Assembly (NCBI GenBank): GCA_963825535.1
Contig: CAWGTP010000006.1
Location: 183,507-247,506 of the forward strand
Source: an uncultured Solirubrobacterales bacterium
GTDB lineage: Bacteria; Actinomycetota; Thermoleophilia; Solirubrobacterales; Thermoleophilaceae
DNA length: 64,000 nt
Direction: 5' to 3'
The notes under the pieces: model-generated
Databases searched by the model: none
What the model saw: the letters and a program-made list of their open reading frames with translations, nothing else
What the model was told of the DNA's origin: nothing
Translations under genes and position numbers: made by a program
Shown: positions 53,333 to 64,000 of the stretch, piece by piece
How positions within the stretch are numbered: the stretch's first letter is position 1
Layout: the number at the start of each line of letters is the position of its first letter

Positions 53333-53350
53333 CCGTGACGAACGTCACGG
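53333..53350. promoter_or_regulatory. inverted repeat CCGTGACG-AA-CGTCACGG in a divergent promoter region
   Basis: 8-bp perfect arms with a 2-nt spacer, in the 152-nt gap between udg (-) and the DUF2520-pan operon (+). Confidence 0.3.
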
Positions 53351-53457
53351 TGTGGCGCGCGCCGCCCCGGGGAGTATCCTGTCTGAAGCAGGCCGCTACC
53401 CGTCTCGGGAGTGGACCTAGCTCTTACATCGCCGCGCCCGCCGCCGGGCCGGGGAAG

Positions 53458-54231
53458 ATGACCCAACCGATCGCCACAGATCAGCCGTTCACGCCCCAGC
53501 GCGTCAGCGTGGTGGGCCCCGGACGCCTCGGCCGGGTGCTGGCCGCCGCGCTCGGCCAGGCCGGTTACGAGGTCGCGGGCCCGCTCGGCCGTGGCGAGTC
53601 GCCGCCGCGCGCCGACGTCGCGCTGCTGTGCGTGCCCGACGGCGAGATCCGGTCCGCCGCCGAGACACTGTCGGGGTCCGCTCGGATGGTCGGGCACACC
53701 AGCGGCGCGACCCCGCTCGCCCCGCTTGCGATCGCCGGCGCGGACCAGTTCGGCCTCCACCCGCTCCAGACCTTCACCGGCAACGAGACCCCGCGCCACC
53801 TGCTCGGCGTGGGCTGTGCGATGGCCGGCTCCAGCGCCGCCGCGCTTGACGTTGCGCGCGAGCTTGCGCTGAGCCTCGGCATGCTGCCGTTCGAGCTGAG
53901 CGACGATCAGCGCCCCGCCTACCACGCCGCCGCATCGGTGGCCTCCAACTTCCTGGTCACGCTGGAGGCGGCCGCCGAGCAGATCGCGGCCGGCGCCGGG
54001 CTGCCGGCGGACCGGGCGCGCACGCTGCTCGCGCCGCTGGTGCGTAGCACCGTCGAGAACTGGGCCGAGCTGGGCCCCGAGCGCGCGCTGACCGGTCCCG
54101 TCGCCCGTGGTGACGACGAGACGGTGGCCGCCCAGCGGGCCGCCGTCGCCGAGACCGCGCCCGAGCTGCTGGCCCTGTTCGACGCGATGGTGGACCGCAC
54201 CCGTGTCCTGGCCGGCGGGGGGCCGGCGTGA
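53458..54231 (+). CDS. Rossmann-fold DUF2520-family putative oxidoreductase
   Basis: 257 aa. VSVVGPGRLGRVLAAAL (dinucleotide-binding fold) and a C-terminal helical domain (…ALTGPVARGD…). 4-nt overlap with panC. Confidence 0.7.
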   Translation: MTQPIATDQPFTPQRVSVVGPGRLGRVLAAALGQAGYEVAGPLGRGESPPRADVALLCVPDGEIRSAAETLSGSARMVGHTSGATPLAPLAIAGADQFGLHPLQTFTGNETPRHLLGVGCAMAGSSAAALDVARELALSLGMLPFELSDDQRPAYHAAASVASNFLVTLEAAAEQIAAGAGLPADRARTLLAPLVRSTVENWAELGPERALTGPVARGDDETVAAQRAAVAETAPELLALFDAMVDRTRVLAGGGPA

Positions 54232-55088
54232 GGACCGTGCGCACCGTCGCCGATCTGCGCGCCGCGCTGGCGCCCGAGCGGGCCGCCGGACGCAAGGTCG
54301 GACTGGTGCCCACGATGGGCTTCTTCCACGAGGGCCACCTGTCGCTGATGCGCGCCGCGCGCGCCGAGCACGACGTGGTCGTGGTGTCGCTGTTCGTCAA
54401 CCCGACCCAGTTCGGCCCCGGCGAGGATCTGGATGCCTACCCGCGCGACGAGCAGCGTGACGCCGAGCTGGCCGAGGGCGAGGGCGTGGATCTGCTGTTC
54501 GCACCCGCGCCCGAGGAGGTCTACCCGGACGGCTTCGCCACCGAGGTGCGCGTGACCGGCCTGACCGACGTGCTGGACGGCGACCCCGCCCGCCGCGGCG
54601 CGGCGCACTTCAACGGCGTGACCACCGTCGTCTGCAAGCTGCTGAACATGGTCGGCCCCGACGCCGCCTACTTCGGCCAGAAGGACGCCCAGCAGGCGCT
54701 GGTGATCGGGCGGATGGCGCGCGATCTGGACGTCCCGGCCCGGATCGAGGTCCGCCCGACGGTGCGCGAGTCCGACGGCCTCGCGATGAGCTCGCGCAAC
54801 GCCTACCTGGACCCCGGCGAGCGCGAGCGCGCCGTGGCGCTCAGCCGCGCGCTGACCGCGGCCGACGACACCGTGGCCGCCGGCGAGCGCGCCGCTGGGC
54901 CCGTGCTGGCCGCCGCGCGCGCCGAGCTGGCCGCCGCCGGCATCGAGCCGGAGTACCTGGAGCTGCGCTGCGCCACCGATCTTTCCCCAGTCGAGCGTGT
55001 GAACGGTTCGACGCTTCTGGCCGTAGCCGCGCACATCGGCCGTGCGCGCTTGATCGACAACATCGTCCTCGGAGGGACGCGCACATGA
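54228..55088 (+). CDS. panC: pantoate--beta-alanine ligase
   Basis: [41 protein letters not shown]. Confidence 0.94.
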   Translation: MRTVRTVADLRAALAPERAAGRKVGLVPTMGFFHEGHLSLMRAARAEHDVVVVSLFVNPTQFGPGEDLDAYPRDEQRDAELAEGEGVDLLFAPAPEEVYPDGFATEVRVTGLTDVLDGDPARRGAAHFNGVTTVVCKLLNMVGPDAAYFGQKDAQQALVIGRMARDLDVPARIEVRPTVRESDGLAMSSRNAYLDPGERERAVALSRALTAADDTVAAGERAAGPVLAAARAELAAAGIEPEYLELRCATDLSPVERVNGSTLLAVAAHIGRARLIDNIVLGGTRT

Positions 55089-55504
55089 GACGGACCATGC
55101 TCAAGTCCAAGATCCACCGGGCCACGCTCACGGGCAGTGACCTGAACTACGTCGGCTCGATCACCATCGACCCGGACCTGCTCGAGGCCGCGGACATCCG
55201 CGAGCACGAGCAGGTGCATGTGCTGGACATCGACAACGGCGCTCGCTTCGAGACCTACACGATCCTGGGCGCGCGCGGCTCGGGTGACATGCAGGTCAAC
55301 GGCGCGGCCGCACGGCTGGTGCACACCGGCGACAAGGTGATCGTGGTCAGCTACGCCGAGTACGACGAGGCCGAGCTGGACGACTACGAGCCGCGTGTGG
55401 TGCACGTGAACGCCGACAACGGCATCGTCACGGTGGATAACGTCCCGAGCGATTTGGCATCCATGCCAAATCCCTCCCACACGGTGAGCGAGCTGCTGAC
55501 ATGA
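55085..55504 (+). CDS. panD: aspartate 1-decarboxylase
   Basis: [25 protein letters not shown] (self-processing Gly-Ser site) and NGAAARL. Confidence 0.94.
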   Translation: MRRTMLKSKIHRATLTGSDLNYVGSITIDPDLLEAADIREHEQVHVLDIDNGARFETYTILGARGSGDMQVNGAAARLVHTGDKVIVVSYAEYDEAELDDYEPRVVHVNADNGIVTVDNVPSDLASMPNPSHTVSELLT

Positions 55505-56391
55505 GTGCGCGACCGAAGGCCGAGGCCCCGGCAGCCAAGGGCAAGCCGGTGACGCTGTCGGCGCTGGCGCAGAAGAAGGCGCTCGGCGAGCCGATCGCGA
55601 TGGTCACCGCCTACGACTTCCCCAGCGCCCAGGTGGCCGAGGAAGCCGGCGTGGACGTGGTGCTGGTGGGCGACAGCGGCGCCATGACGGTGCTCGGCTA
55701 CCCCAGCACGGTGCCGGTGACCACCGATGAGATGCTGATGCTGGCCGCCGCGGTCCGGCGCGGGCTGCGTACACCGATGCTGGTGGGCGATCTGCCGTTC
55801 GGCTCCTACGAGGTGTCCGACGAGCAGGCGGTCGCGACCGCGCAGCGGTTCGTCAAGGAGGCGGGCTGCGACGCCGTCAAGCTCGAGCGCGGTGGCAGCT
55901 CGGTGGCGCGCGCCAAGGCGATCATCGGCGCCGGCATCCCCGTGATGGGCCATGTGGGCCTGACGCCCCAGACGGCGACCGCGCTGGGCGGCTACCGCTC
56001 CCAGGGCCGCACCGCCGAGCGGGCGCTCGAGGTGGCCGAGGACGCCCTCGCGCTCCAGGACGCCGGCTGCTTCTCGATCGTCTTCGAGGCGATCCCGTCG
56101 GACCTGACCGCGGAGCTGATGCCACGGCTGGAGATCCCCGTGATCGGCATCGGCGCCGGCCCCGCGACCGATGGCCAGGTGCTGGTGTTCCACGACCTGC
56201 TCGGCATCTACGACGGCCACGCCGCCCGCTTCGTCAAGCGCTACGGCGAGATCCGCAAGGCGATGATCGAGGGTGTGGAGGCCTACGCGGCCGACGTGCG
56301 CGAGCGCCGCTACCCGGAGGCCGAGCACGGCTACACGATGGCGCCCGACGAGCGTGAGCGGCTCAGGGAGCTGCTGGCCGAGCGCGTGTAG
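55501..56391 (+). CDS. panB: 3-methyl-2-oxobutanoate hydroxymethyltransferase
   Basis: [33 protein letters not shown] and IGIGAG motifs. Confidence 0.94.
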   Translation: MSARPKAEAPAAKGKPVTLSALAQKKALGEPIAMVTAYDFPSAQVAEEAGVDVVLVGDSGAMTVLGYPSTVPVTTDEMLMLAAAVRRGLRTPMLVGDLPFGSYEVSDEQAVATAQRFVKEAGCDAVKLERGGSSVARAKAIIGAGIPVMGHVGLTPQTATALGGYRSQGRTAERALEVAEDALALQDAGCFSIVFEAIPSDLTAELMPRLEIPVIGIGAGPATDGQVLVFHDLLGIYDGHAARFVKRYGEIRKAMIEGVEAYAADVRERRYPEAEHGYTMAPDERERLRELLAERV

Positions 56392-56408
56392 CCACAGCTA
56401 CTTCGGGG

Positions 56409-56444
56409 GAGGTGGCGGGTTGCGTTAGCAACCCCAACCACCTC
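56409..56444. terminator. two-tier hairpin after panB (GAGGTGG-c-GGGTTGC-GTTA-GCAACCC-caa-CCACCTC)
   Basis: Read directly. Starts about 17 nt after the panB stop. The 3' arm abuts the AGGAG RBS of the next gene. Confidence 0.5.
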
Positions 56445-56458
56445 AGGAGATCCCCGCA

Positions 56459-56968
56459 ATGCAGAAGCTGAACCTGATGCTGCCGTCGCCCGCGATGGTC
56501 GTGGCATGCGTCGCTCTGTTCGTCGCGTTGGGTGGCTCGGCGTACGCGCTCGGCACCGGCGTGATCGACGGCCGCGAGGTCAAGAACTACTCGCTGACCG
56601 GCAAGGACGTCAAGAAGGACGGCATCGGCGGGGTGACCGTCAAGGAGTCGCGCCTCGGCACCGTGCCGTCGGCGGAGGCGCTGAGCCACTCGGCGACGGT
56701 GACGGGCGCGGGTCAGGCCGTGCGCGGCAAGGGCGTGGTCACGGCGGTGCGGGTCGGCAGCGGCCGCTACCACGTGGCGTTCAACCGCAACATCCAGGGC
56801 TGCGTGTCGGTCGCGAGCGTGGGCGATCCCAGTGCGGCCGGCCCTCCGTCGGGTCAGGCCACCACGTCGTTCCTGGCCACCAACCCGAACGCGTTCGTCG
56901 TACGTACCTCCGACGGCGCCACCGGCCAGGCCGAGAACCGCGGCTTCAACCTGATCGTGACCTGCTGA
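56459..56968 (+). CDS. hypothetical membrane-anchored or secreted protein
   Basis: 169 aa. N-terminal hydrophobic helix (MVVACVALFVALGGSAYAL). AGGAG RBS 10 nt upstream. High GC3. No family recognised. Confidence 0.65.
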   Translation: MQKLNLMLPSPAMVVACVALFVALGGSAYALGTGVIDGREVKNYSLTGKDVKKDGIGGVTVKESRLGTVPSAEALSHSATVTGAGQAVRGKGVVTAVRVGSGRYHVAFNRNIQGCVSVASVGDPSAAGPPSGQATTSFLATNPNAFVVRTSDGATGQAENRGFNLIVTC

Positions 56969-56972
56969 ACCT

Positions 56973-57554
56973 TCAGCCGTACTGAACCTCGCGTAGCACC
57001 CGCGCGGGCGCTCCCGCCGCGATCGATCGCGGCGGGAGGTCCTGTGTGACCACGCTGTTGGCGCCGATCACGCACCGGTCGCCGATCGTGACGCCCGACG
57101 TGACCACCACGTTGGCGCCGCACCAGACGTTGTCGCCGATTCGCGTCGGCCCCTTGCTGGTGAAGCCCTGCCAGGTCACCGGCGTGTCCGGGTCATCGAA
57201 GCGGTGGGCGCCGTCGGTGACGAAGCAGCCGTTGGCGAACATGCAGTGGTCACCGATGCTGACCAGCTCCACCGCCGCGACCATGCAGCCGATGTTCAGG
57301 AACGTGCCGGCGCCGATCTCGATCCGCGCCCGATCGGGAGCGGTCAGCCACACCTGCGGCTCGAACAGAGTGCCCTCCCCCACGCTCAGGCGCTCCTCGC
57401 GCAGCATCTCGAGCACGTTGCCTTGGACCGGCCAGCGCGCGAACGCGCCCCGGCGCGCCATCTCGCGATGGATGGCAAGCCGGTTCCACGGAAGCGCGTT
57501 GCGCTCGTACCAGCGCCACTTCTGCAGCCACAGCTTGGCCCGCGCGCGCTCCAC
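56973..57554 (-). CDS. hexapeptide-repeat (left-handed beta-helix) acyltransferase
   Basis: IGAGTFLNIGCMV, IGDNVWCGANVVVTSGVTIGDRCVIGANSVVTQDLPP. Start set at GTG 57554 because the longer ORF would overlap the divergent DCC gene. Confidence 0.75.
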   Translation of the reverse strand: MERARAKLWLQKWRWYERNALPWNRLAIHREMARRGAFARWPVQGNVLEMLREERLSVGEGTLFEPQVWLTAPDRARIEIGAGTFLNIGCMVAAVELVSIGDHCMFANGCFVTDGAHRFDDPDTPVTWQGFTSKGPTRIGDNVWCGANVVVTSGVTIGDRCVIGANSVVTQDLPPRSIAAGAPARVLREVQYG

Positions 57555-57588
57555 CTGGCCCAGCTTCGCAGACGCGTAGGCTCGTGGC

Positions 57589-57981
57589 GTGGAGCGACTA
57601 CCGCTGCTGTACGACGAGGATTGCGGGGTGTGCCGGGCGCTGCTGGGCGTGGTGCTGGCCTGGGATCGCGACCGGCGGCTGCGGCCGCTGGCACTGAGGT
57701 CGCCGGAAGCGGACGCGCTACTGGCCGACGTTCCGGCCCGGCGGCGCATGGACTCTTGGCATCTCCAGGGACCAGACGGGCTTCGGTCGGCCGGTGCCGC
57801 GTTTCCCGATTTGTTCACCGTTCTACCGGGCGGCTCACCGCTGGCCGCGCTGGCGCTGCGCGCACCCGGAGCCGCCGAGCGTGCCTACCGGCTGGTGGCC
57901 GACAACCGCTCGCGCCTCTCGCCGCTGGTGCCGGCCGGGCTCCGGGACCGCGCCGACGGGCTGATCGCCCGCCGGCGCTGA
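57589..57981 (+). CDS. thiol-disulfide oxidoreductase DCC-family protein (DUF393)
   Basis: 130 aa with the N-terminal LLYDEDCGVCR motif (DxxCxxC). Confidence 0.75.
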   Translation: MERLPLLYDEDCGVCRALLGVVLAWDRDRRLRPLALRSPEADALLADVPARRRMDSWHLQGPDGLRSAGAAFPDLFTVLPGGSPLAALALRAPGAAERAYRLVADNRSRLSPLVPAGLRDRADGLIARRR

Positions 57982-57985
57982 CCGG

Positions 57986-59128
57986 CTAGCGCCTGACGAT
58001 GCGGAAGGCGGCGCGCTTGAGGGTGCTGGTCTTGCGGGCGGGGGTGGTCGCCCGGGCGGACAGGCGGTACACGCCGGGCTTGAGCTTGCGGTTGCGCAGC
58101 CGCCCCCGGAACGTGAACCGGTTGTCCCCCGGCTCGCCGGCGATCTTCCACGACCCAGAGCGCCTGACCCAGCGCGTACAGCGCCGCCGACTGCGGTTCG
58201 ATCGGCGGGACTTCACGCACCTGCGCCCGACACGGCGTCCGCGGGTCTTGATCTCGACCCTGAAGCGCGTCGAGGCGGTCTGGGACAGCGAGAAGCGGAC
58301 CCTGGTCCCGGTTCTGGCCGACGCGATGGCGCGGCCGGAGCGCGCGGCCCTGAAGCGCTTGCGCGAGAGGACCAGCTTGCCCAGCTTCGGCGTGCCGGTT
58401 TCATCTGCCGCAGGCACACCGGGGCTCACCGGGGCGGGGGTCGGATTCGACGCCGGCGTGGGCTGGCGGAAGTTGTCCAGCCGCGCGGTGCCGTAGGACG
58501 CCAGGCCGACTGCGGTCCCGGTGCCCGCCCCGGCCGGATAGTCGGAGCCGAAGCTGGCTTCGGGCACACCGTCGAAGTTGGTGTCGATGTCCAGCGTCAG
58601 ACGGTCGCCGACCACGAAGACGTGCAGCCGCCCGCTGGTGAACGCCGGGATCACGACGCTGCTGGGTGTGGGCGTGCCGGCACCGTTGTTGCCCACGTAG
58701 AAGTAGGCGCGGTTGAAGCCGCCGGGGTTGTTCTGCTGGACCTTGACGAACAGGTTCTGGGTGAGCGCGCCGTAGCGCAGGACCACGCCCGCGTACTGGA
58801 CATTGTTGCCGTTGGTGGCCACGTCCACGCATACCTCTGTGGCGGTGAAGTCGTTGAACGTCGCCAGCCCGGCCGTGGCGTTGGGGTTCGCGGCTCGCTG
58901 CCCCGTTACGGCCACCGACGGAGCCCGCTCGGTCCAGTTGCCGCCCAGGTTCGGGCTGTCGCCGCGGTCGAAATCGTCAAGCGTGGTCCCGCAGGTGTAT
59001 GCCCATGCGCCGGGAGCGGCCAGCAACAGGCCGAGCACGGCAACCGCAAGTGCCACCGCAGACCTCACCCCCACCCTTCGCGGGGCGGTCCCCGGTCGCG
59101 ACGTCGAAGTTGTTTCGCGGGAGATCAT
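57986..59128 (-). CDS. secreted hypothetical protein with an extremely basic C-terminal domain
   Basis: Signal peptide (…RRVGVRSAVALAVAVLGLLLAAPGAWA, possibly Tat-type), a beta-rich middle part, a Pro/Thr linker, then an Arg/Lys-rich ~130-aa tail. Confidence 0.7.
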   Translation of the reverse strand: MISRETTSTSRPGTAPRRVGVRSAVALAVAVLGLLLAAPGAWAYTCGTTLDDFDRGDSPNLGGNWTERAPSVAVTGQRAANPNATAGLATFNDFTATEVCVDVATNGNNVQYAGVVLRYGALTQNLFVKVQQNNPGGFNRAYFYVGNNGAGTPTPSSVVIPAFTSGRLHVFVVGDRLTLDIDTNFDGVPEASFGSDYPAGAGTGTAVGLASYGTARLDNFRQPTPASNPTPAPVSPGVPAADETGTPKLGKLVLSRKRFRAARSGRAIASARTGTRVRFSLSQTASTRFRVEIKTRGRRVGRRCVKSRRSNRSRRRCTRWVRRSGSWKIAGEPGDNRFTFRGRLRNRKLKPGVYRLSARATTPARKTSTLKRAAFRIVRR

Positions 59129-59231
59129 GGAGTCCTTGTGCCGGGGTATCTGGCGTTCGGTGCAGCCTACGCCTATGTGCGCTTTGTTGCATGGCGGCGG
59201 AAGCGACGTCCCCGCGCGGATGTCCGGCGAC

Positions 59232-62102
<2,871 letters not shown>

Positions 62103-62162
62103 ATAAGCGAGTCTACGTACCCGCGTGGACCGAACGCCTGTTCGCTTTGGGTTGGCGAGCGG

Positions 62163-63152
62163 CTATGCCGGTCCTGGCGAAGATCGGCGTCGATCCCGGC
62201 GGGCCCATGGGGCCTCGTGCTTGGTGGTGTCATAGACCACCTTCGTCCCCGCGATCCGGTCGTGCCAGCCCTGACGGGTCGGCGATACCAGGATCGCCAG
62301 CACGCCGAGCCCGGCGGGTAGGACGGCCAGCGGCAGCGCGAACACCCGCTTCAGCGCCCGGCGCAGCCCCAGCGCGCTGGTTCCCCCGGCCTCCAGGTGG
62401 ATGCTCAGCAGCCGCATGCCGGGTGTCTGCCCCACCAGCGCCCAGAACGCGGCCAGGATCGTTCCGCCCATCAGTACGCCGAGGACGCTGAAGCCCAGCA
62501 AGCCGAGAACGGAGAGGCCGTCGTTGTCACCGAACGCGAACGGGATCACCGAGGCGAGCAGGCCGGAGCCGATCGACAGTGCCCCCGAAAGCAGCCCGAG
62601 GTCGATCGCCGCGGCGGCCACGCGGGTGACCATTCCGACCTCGGTCGTCTCCTCCTCGACCGGAGTTCGGCGCATCAGCCTGTGCGCAGTGCGCTCGAGC
62701 GCGTCGTCCAGCCGCTCGGTGACGGCGGTCAGGCGGTGCCCGAGGTCGGTGACCAGGCCCATGCCCTGCTCGGTGATGGCGGCGCGCACCTCCGGCGCCT
62801 CGGCGATCCGCTCGACCAGCATCTGCGCCTTCGGGCTGGCCAGGATCTCCGCCCACACGCGGTCGGCCACCTCGGTGTCGAGCGCACGGATGACCACGTC
62901 GGCCACCTCGTCGCTGGCCAGCGCCCGCTCGACGGCGTTCTCGATCGCGTGCTGAACCGTGCCCTCATCCAGGCCGCGGGCGAGTGCCCGCTCCACGGCG
63001 GGGCTGCGCATGGCGCGCACGATCGCCTCCTCGATCGCGTCCTCGACCGCCCTGTCCACACCGGTGGCGCCGGCCAGCCGCTCCGCGCCGCGGGCGCCGG
63101 CCTCCAGGAGACGGGCGGGGGCCGGCCGCCTCCGATCGGGGGGAACGGACAT
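62163..63152 (-). CDS. RDD-family membrane protein with an N-terminal helical soluble domain
   Basis: 329 aa from ATG 63152. C-terminal RDD module (…GQTPGMRLLSIHL…RQGWHDRIAGTKVVYD). The start shares a base with the corrected stop of the upstream gene (TGATG). Confidence 0.8.
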   Translation of the reverse strand: MSVPPDRRRPAPARLLEAGARGAERLAGATGVDRAVEDAIEEAIVRAMRSPAVERALARGLDEGTVQHAIENAVERALASDEVADVVIRALDTEVADRVWAEILASPKAQMLVERIAEAPEVRAAITEQGMGLVTDLGHRLTAVTERLDDALERTAHRLMRRTPVEEETTEVGMVTRVAAAAIDLGLLSGALSIGSGLLASVIPFAFGDNDGLSVLGLLGFSVLGVLMGGTILAAFWALVGQTPGMRLLSIHLEAGGTSALGLRRALKRVFALPLAVLPAGLGVLAILVSPTRQGWHDRIAGTKVVYDTTKHEAPWARRDRRRSSPGPA

Positions 63153-63989
63153 CAGAGGCTGAGCAGGATCAGGACGGCGATGACGAGCACCAGCACGATC
63201 AGCGCCCCGGCGGTCAGCCAGCGGAGGCCCTGGCGGCGGGCGGGGACGGTGCTCCGGCCCACGACGGGTGCCACCACCGGCCCCGGGCCGGCTCGGAGCC
63301 CCGCCGACGTGACGCTCGCTGACCTCGTCGCGCTCCGCGCGTGCCGCGTCGCGCTGCTCGCGCATCGCGTCCCGCTCCTTGGTCATCGCCTGGAGCGCGG
63401 CATCGGCCTCGCGGCGCGTGGCCACCGCCACGGCGAGCTCGGCCACGGCGTCGTCGCGCTCGGTCTCGGCCTGCGACCGCGTGGACGACGCCCGGTGGAG
63501 CTCGCGGGCGGCGTCCTGCCTGCCTCCCACCGCCTCCTCGCGACGGCGCTCGGCGCCTTCGGCCTCCTGCCTGGCGAAGTCGCGCTCGGCCTGGGCGGTG
63601 CGCAGCTCGCTGCGCACCCGGTCGGCGTCACCGACGGCCTGCTCGCGTGCCTGGTCGGCGGCGCGGCGGCGCGCGTCGGCAGCCGCAACCTCGGCGCGCA
63701 TCTCCTCCAGCTCGGCCTGGGCCTTCTTCCACTGCTCCTTGGCGGCGTCGCGGGCCCCTGCCGCGGTGTCACGCTCGGCCCGCGCCCGCTCCAGCTCCGG
63801 GTCCAGCGGCACCTCGGGCTCGCGCTCGGCATCCTGCTCCCGCTCGGCCACCGGCGCCGTCGCGACCGCGGTGGCCGGGGGGCGGGCGGTGCCACCCGAT
63901 CCCGGGTGGGGCAGCGACACGATCGTCTCGGACCCGACAGCCAGGTCGGCGTGCTCCAGCGCCTGGGGGCCGGACCAGGGGAATGCCAC
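63152..63989 (-). CDS. Ala/Arg/Glu/Asp-rich coiled-coil protein with a C-terminal TM anchor, frame interrupted near 63281-63287
   Basis: The coiled-coil part (…AERD… repeats) is in the 608-aa ORF frame. The last ~40 codons (…RRQGLRWLTAGALIVLVLVIAVLILLSL*) have ~97% GC3 in the adjacent frame, while the annotated frame falls to T-rich third positions. The 5' end is uncertain (GTG 63989, or beyond the window). Confidence 0.6.
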
Positions 63990-64000
63990 GACCCACTGCT

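Overview
The window is very GC-rich (third codon positions are almost all G/C) and densely coding. Its gene order looks actinobacterial, possibly Thermoleophilia/Rubrobacteria-like, but that placement is inferred from synteny only. Most of it is housekeeping, and many adjacent genes have overlapping stop and start codons.

Gene content, left to right:
- pilB-pilT-pilC follow alaS-ruvX-mltG-aroE.
- An HD-GYP protein and an MFS transporter come next.
- An Opp/Dpp-type peptide ABC operon has two paralogous binding lipoproteins. A sigma factor, an RsbW-like protein and an IscU-MnmA fusion are coupled to it.
- aspS-hisS and two tRNAs (Met, Gln).
- An asymmetric heterodimeric ABC exporter.
- A TetR-flanked lipid locus: a DAG-kinase-like kinase, a 900-aa MFS/GT2/PAP2 fusion and a second PAP2.
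- Two APC-USP permeases with a 65-aa membrane protein and two TrkA/RCK proteins.
- An H+-pyrophosphatase, MTAP, and rex joined to the t6A genes (tsaE-tsaB-rimI-tsaD).
- udg, a DUF2520 gene with panC-panD-panB, uvrA, and an RDD protein.

I saw no CRISPR array, transposase, integrase or recognisable defence system.

Best candidates for new biology:
- the lipid/glycolipid locus built around the tri-domain fusion
- the APC-USP/TrkA transporter cluster
- the IscU-like domain fused to a CxxC-type MnmA
- three unusually long, lower-GC, structured intergenic spacers

Four unrelated genes each carry one extra base in a G/C homopolymer run. This probably reflects sequence errors and affects how the window should be annotated.
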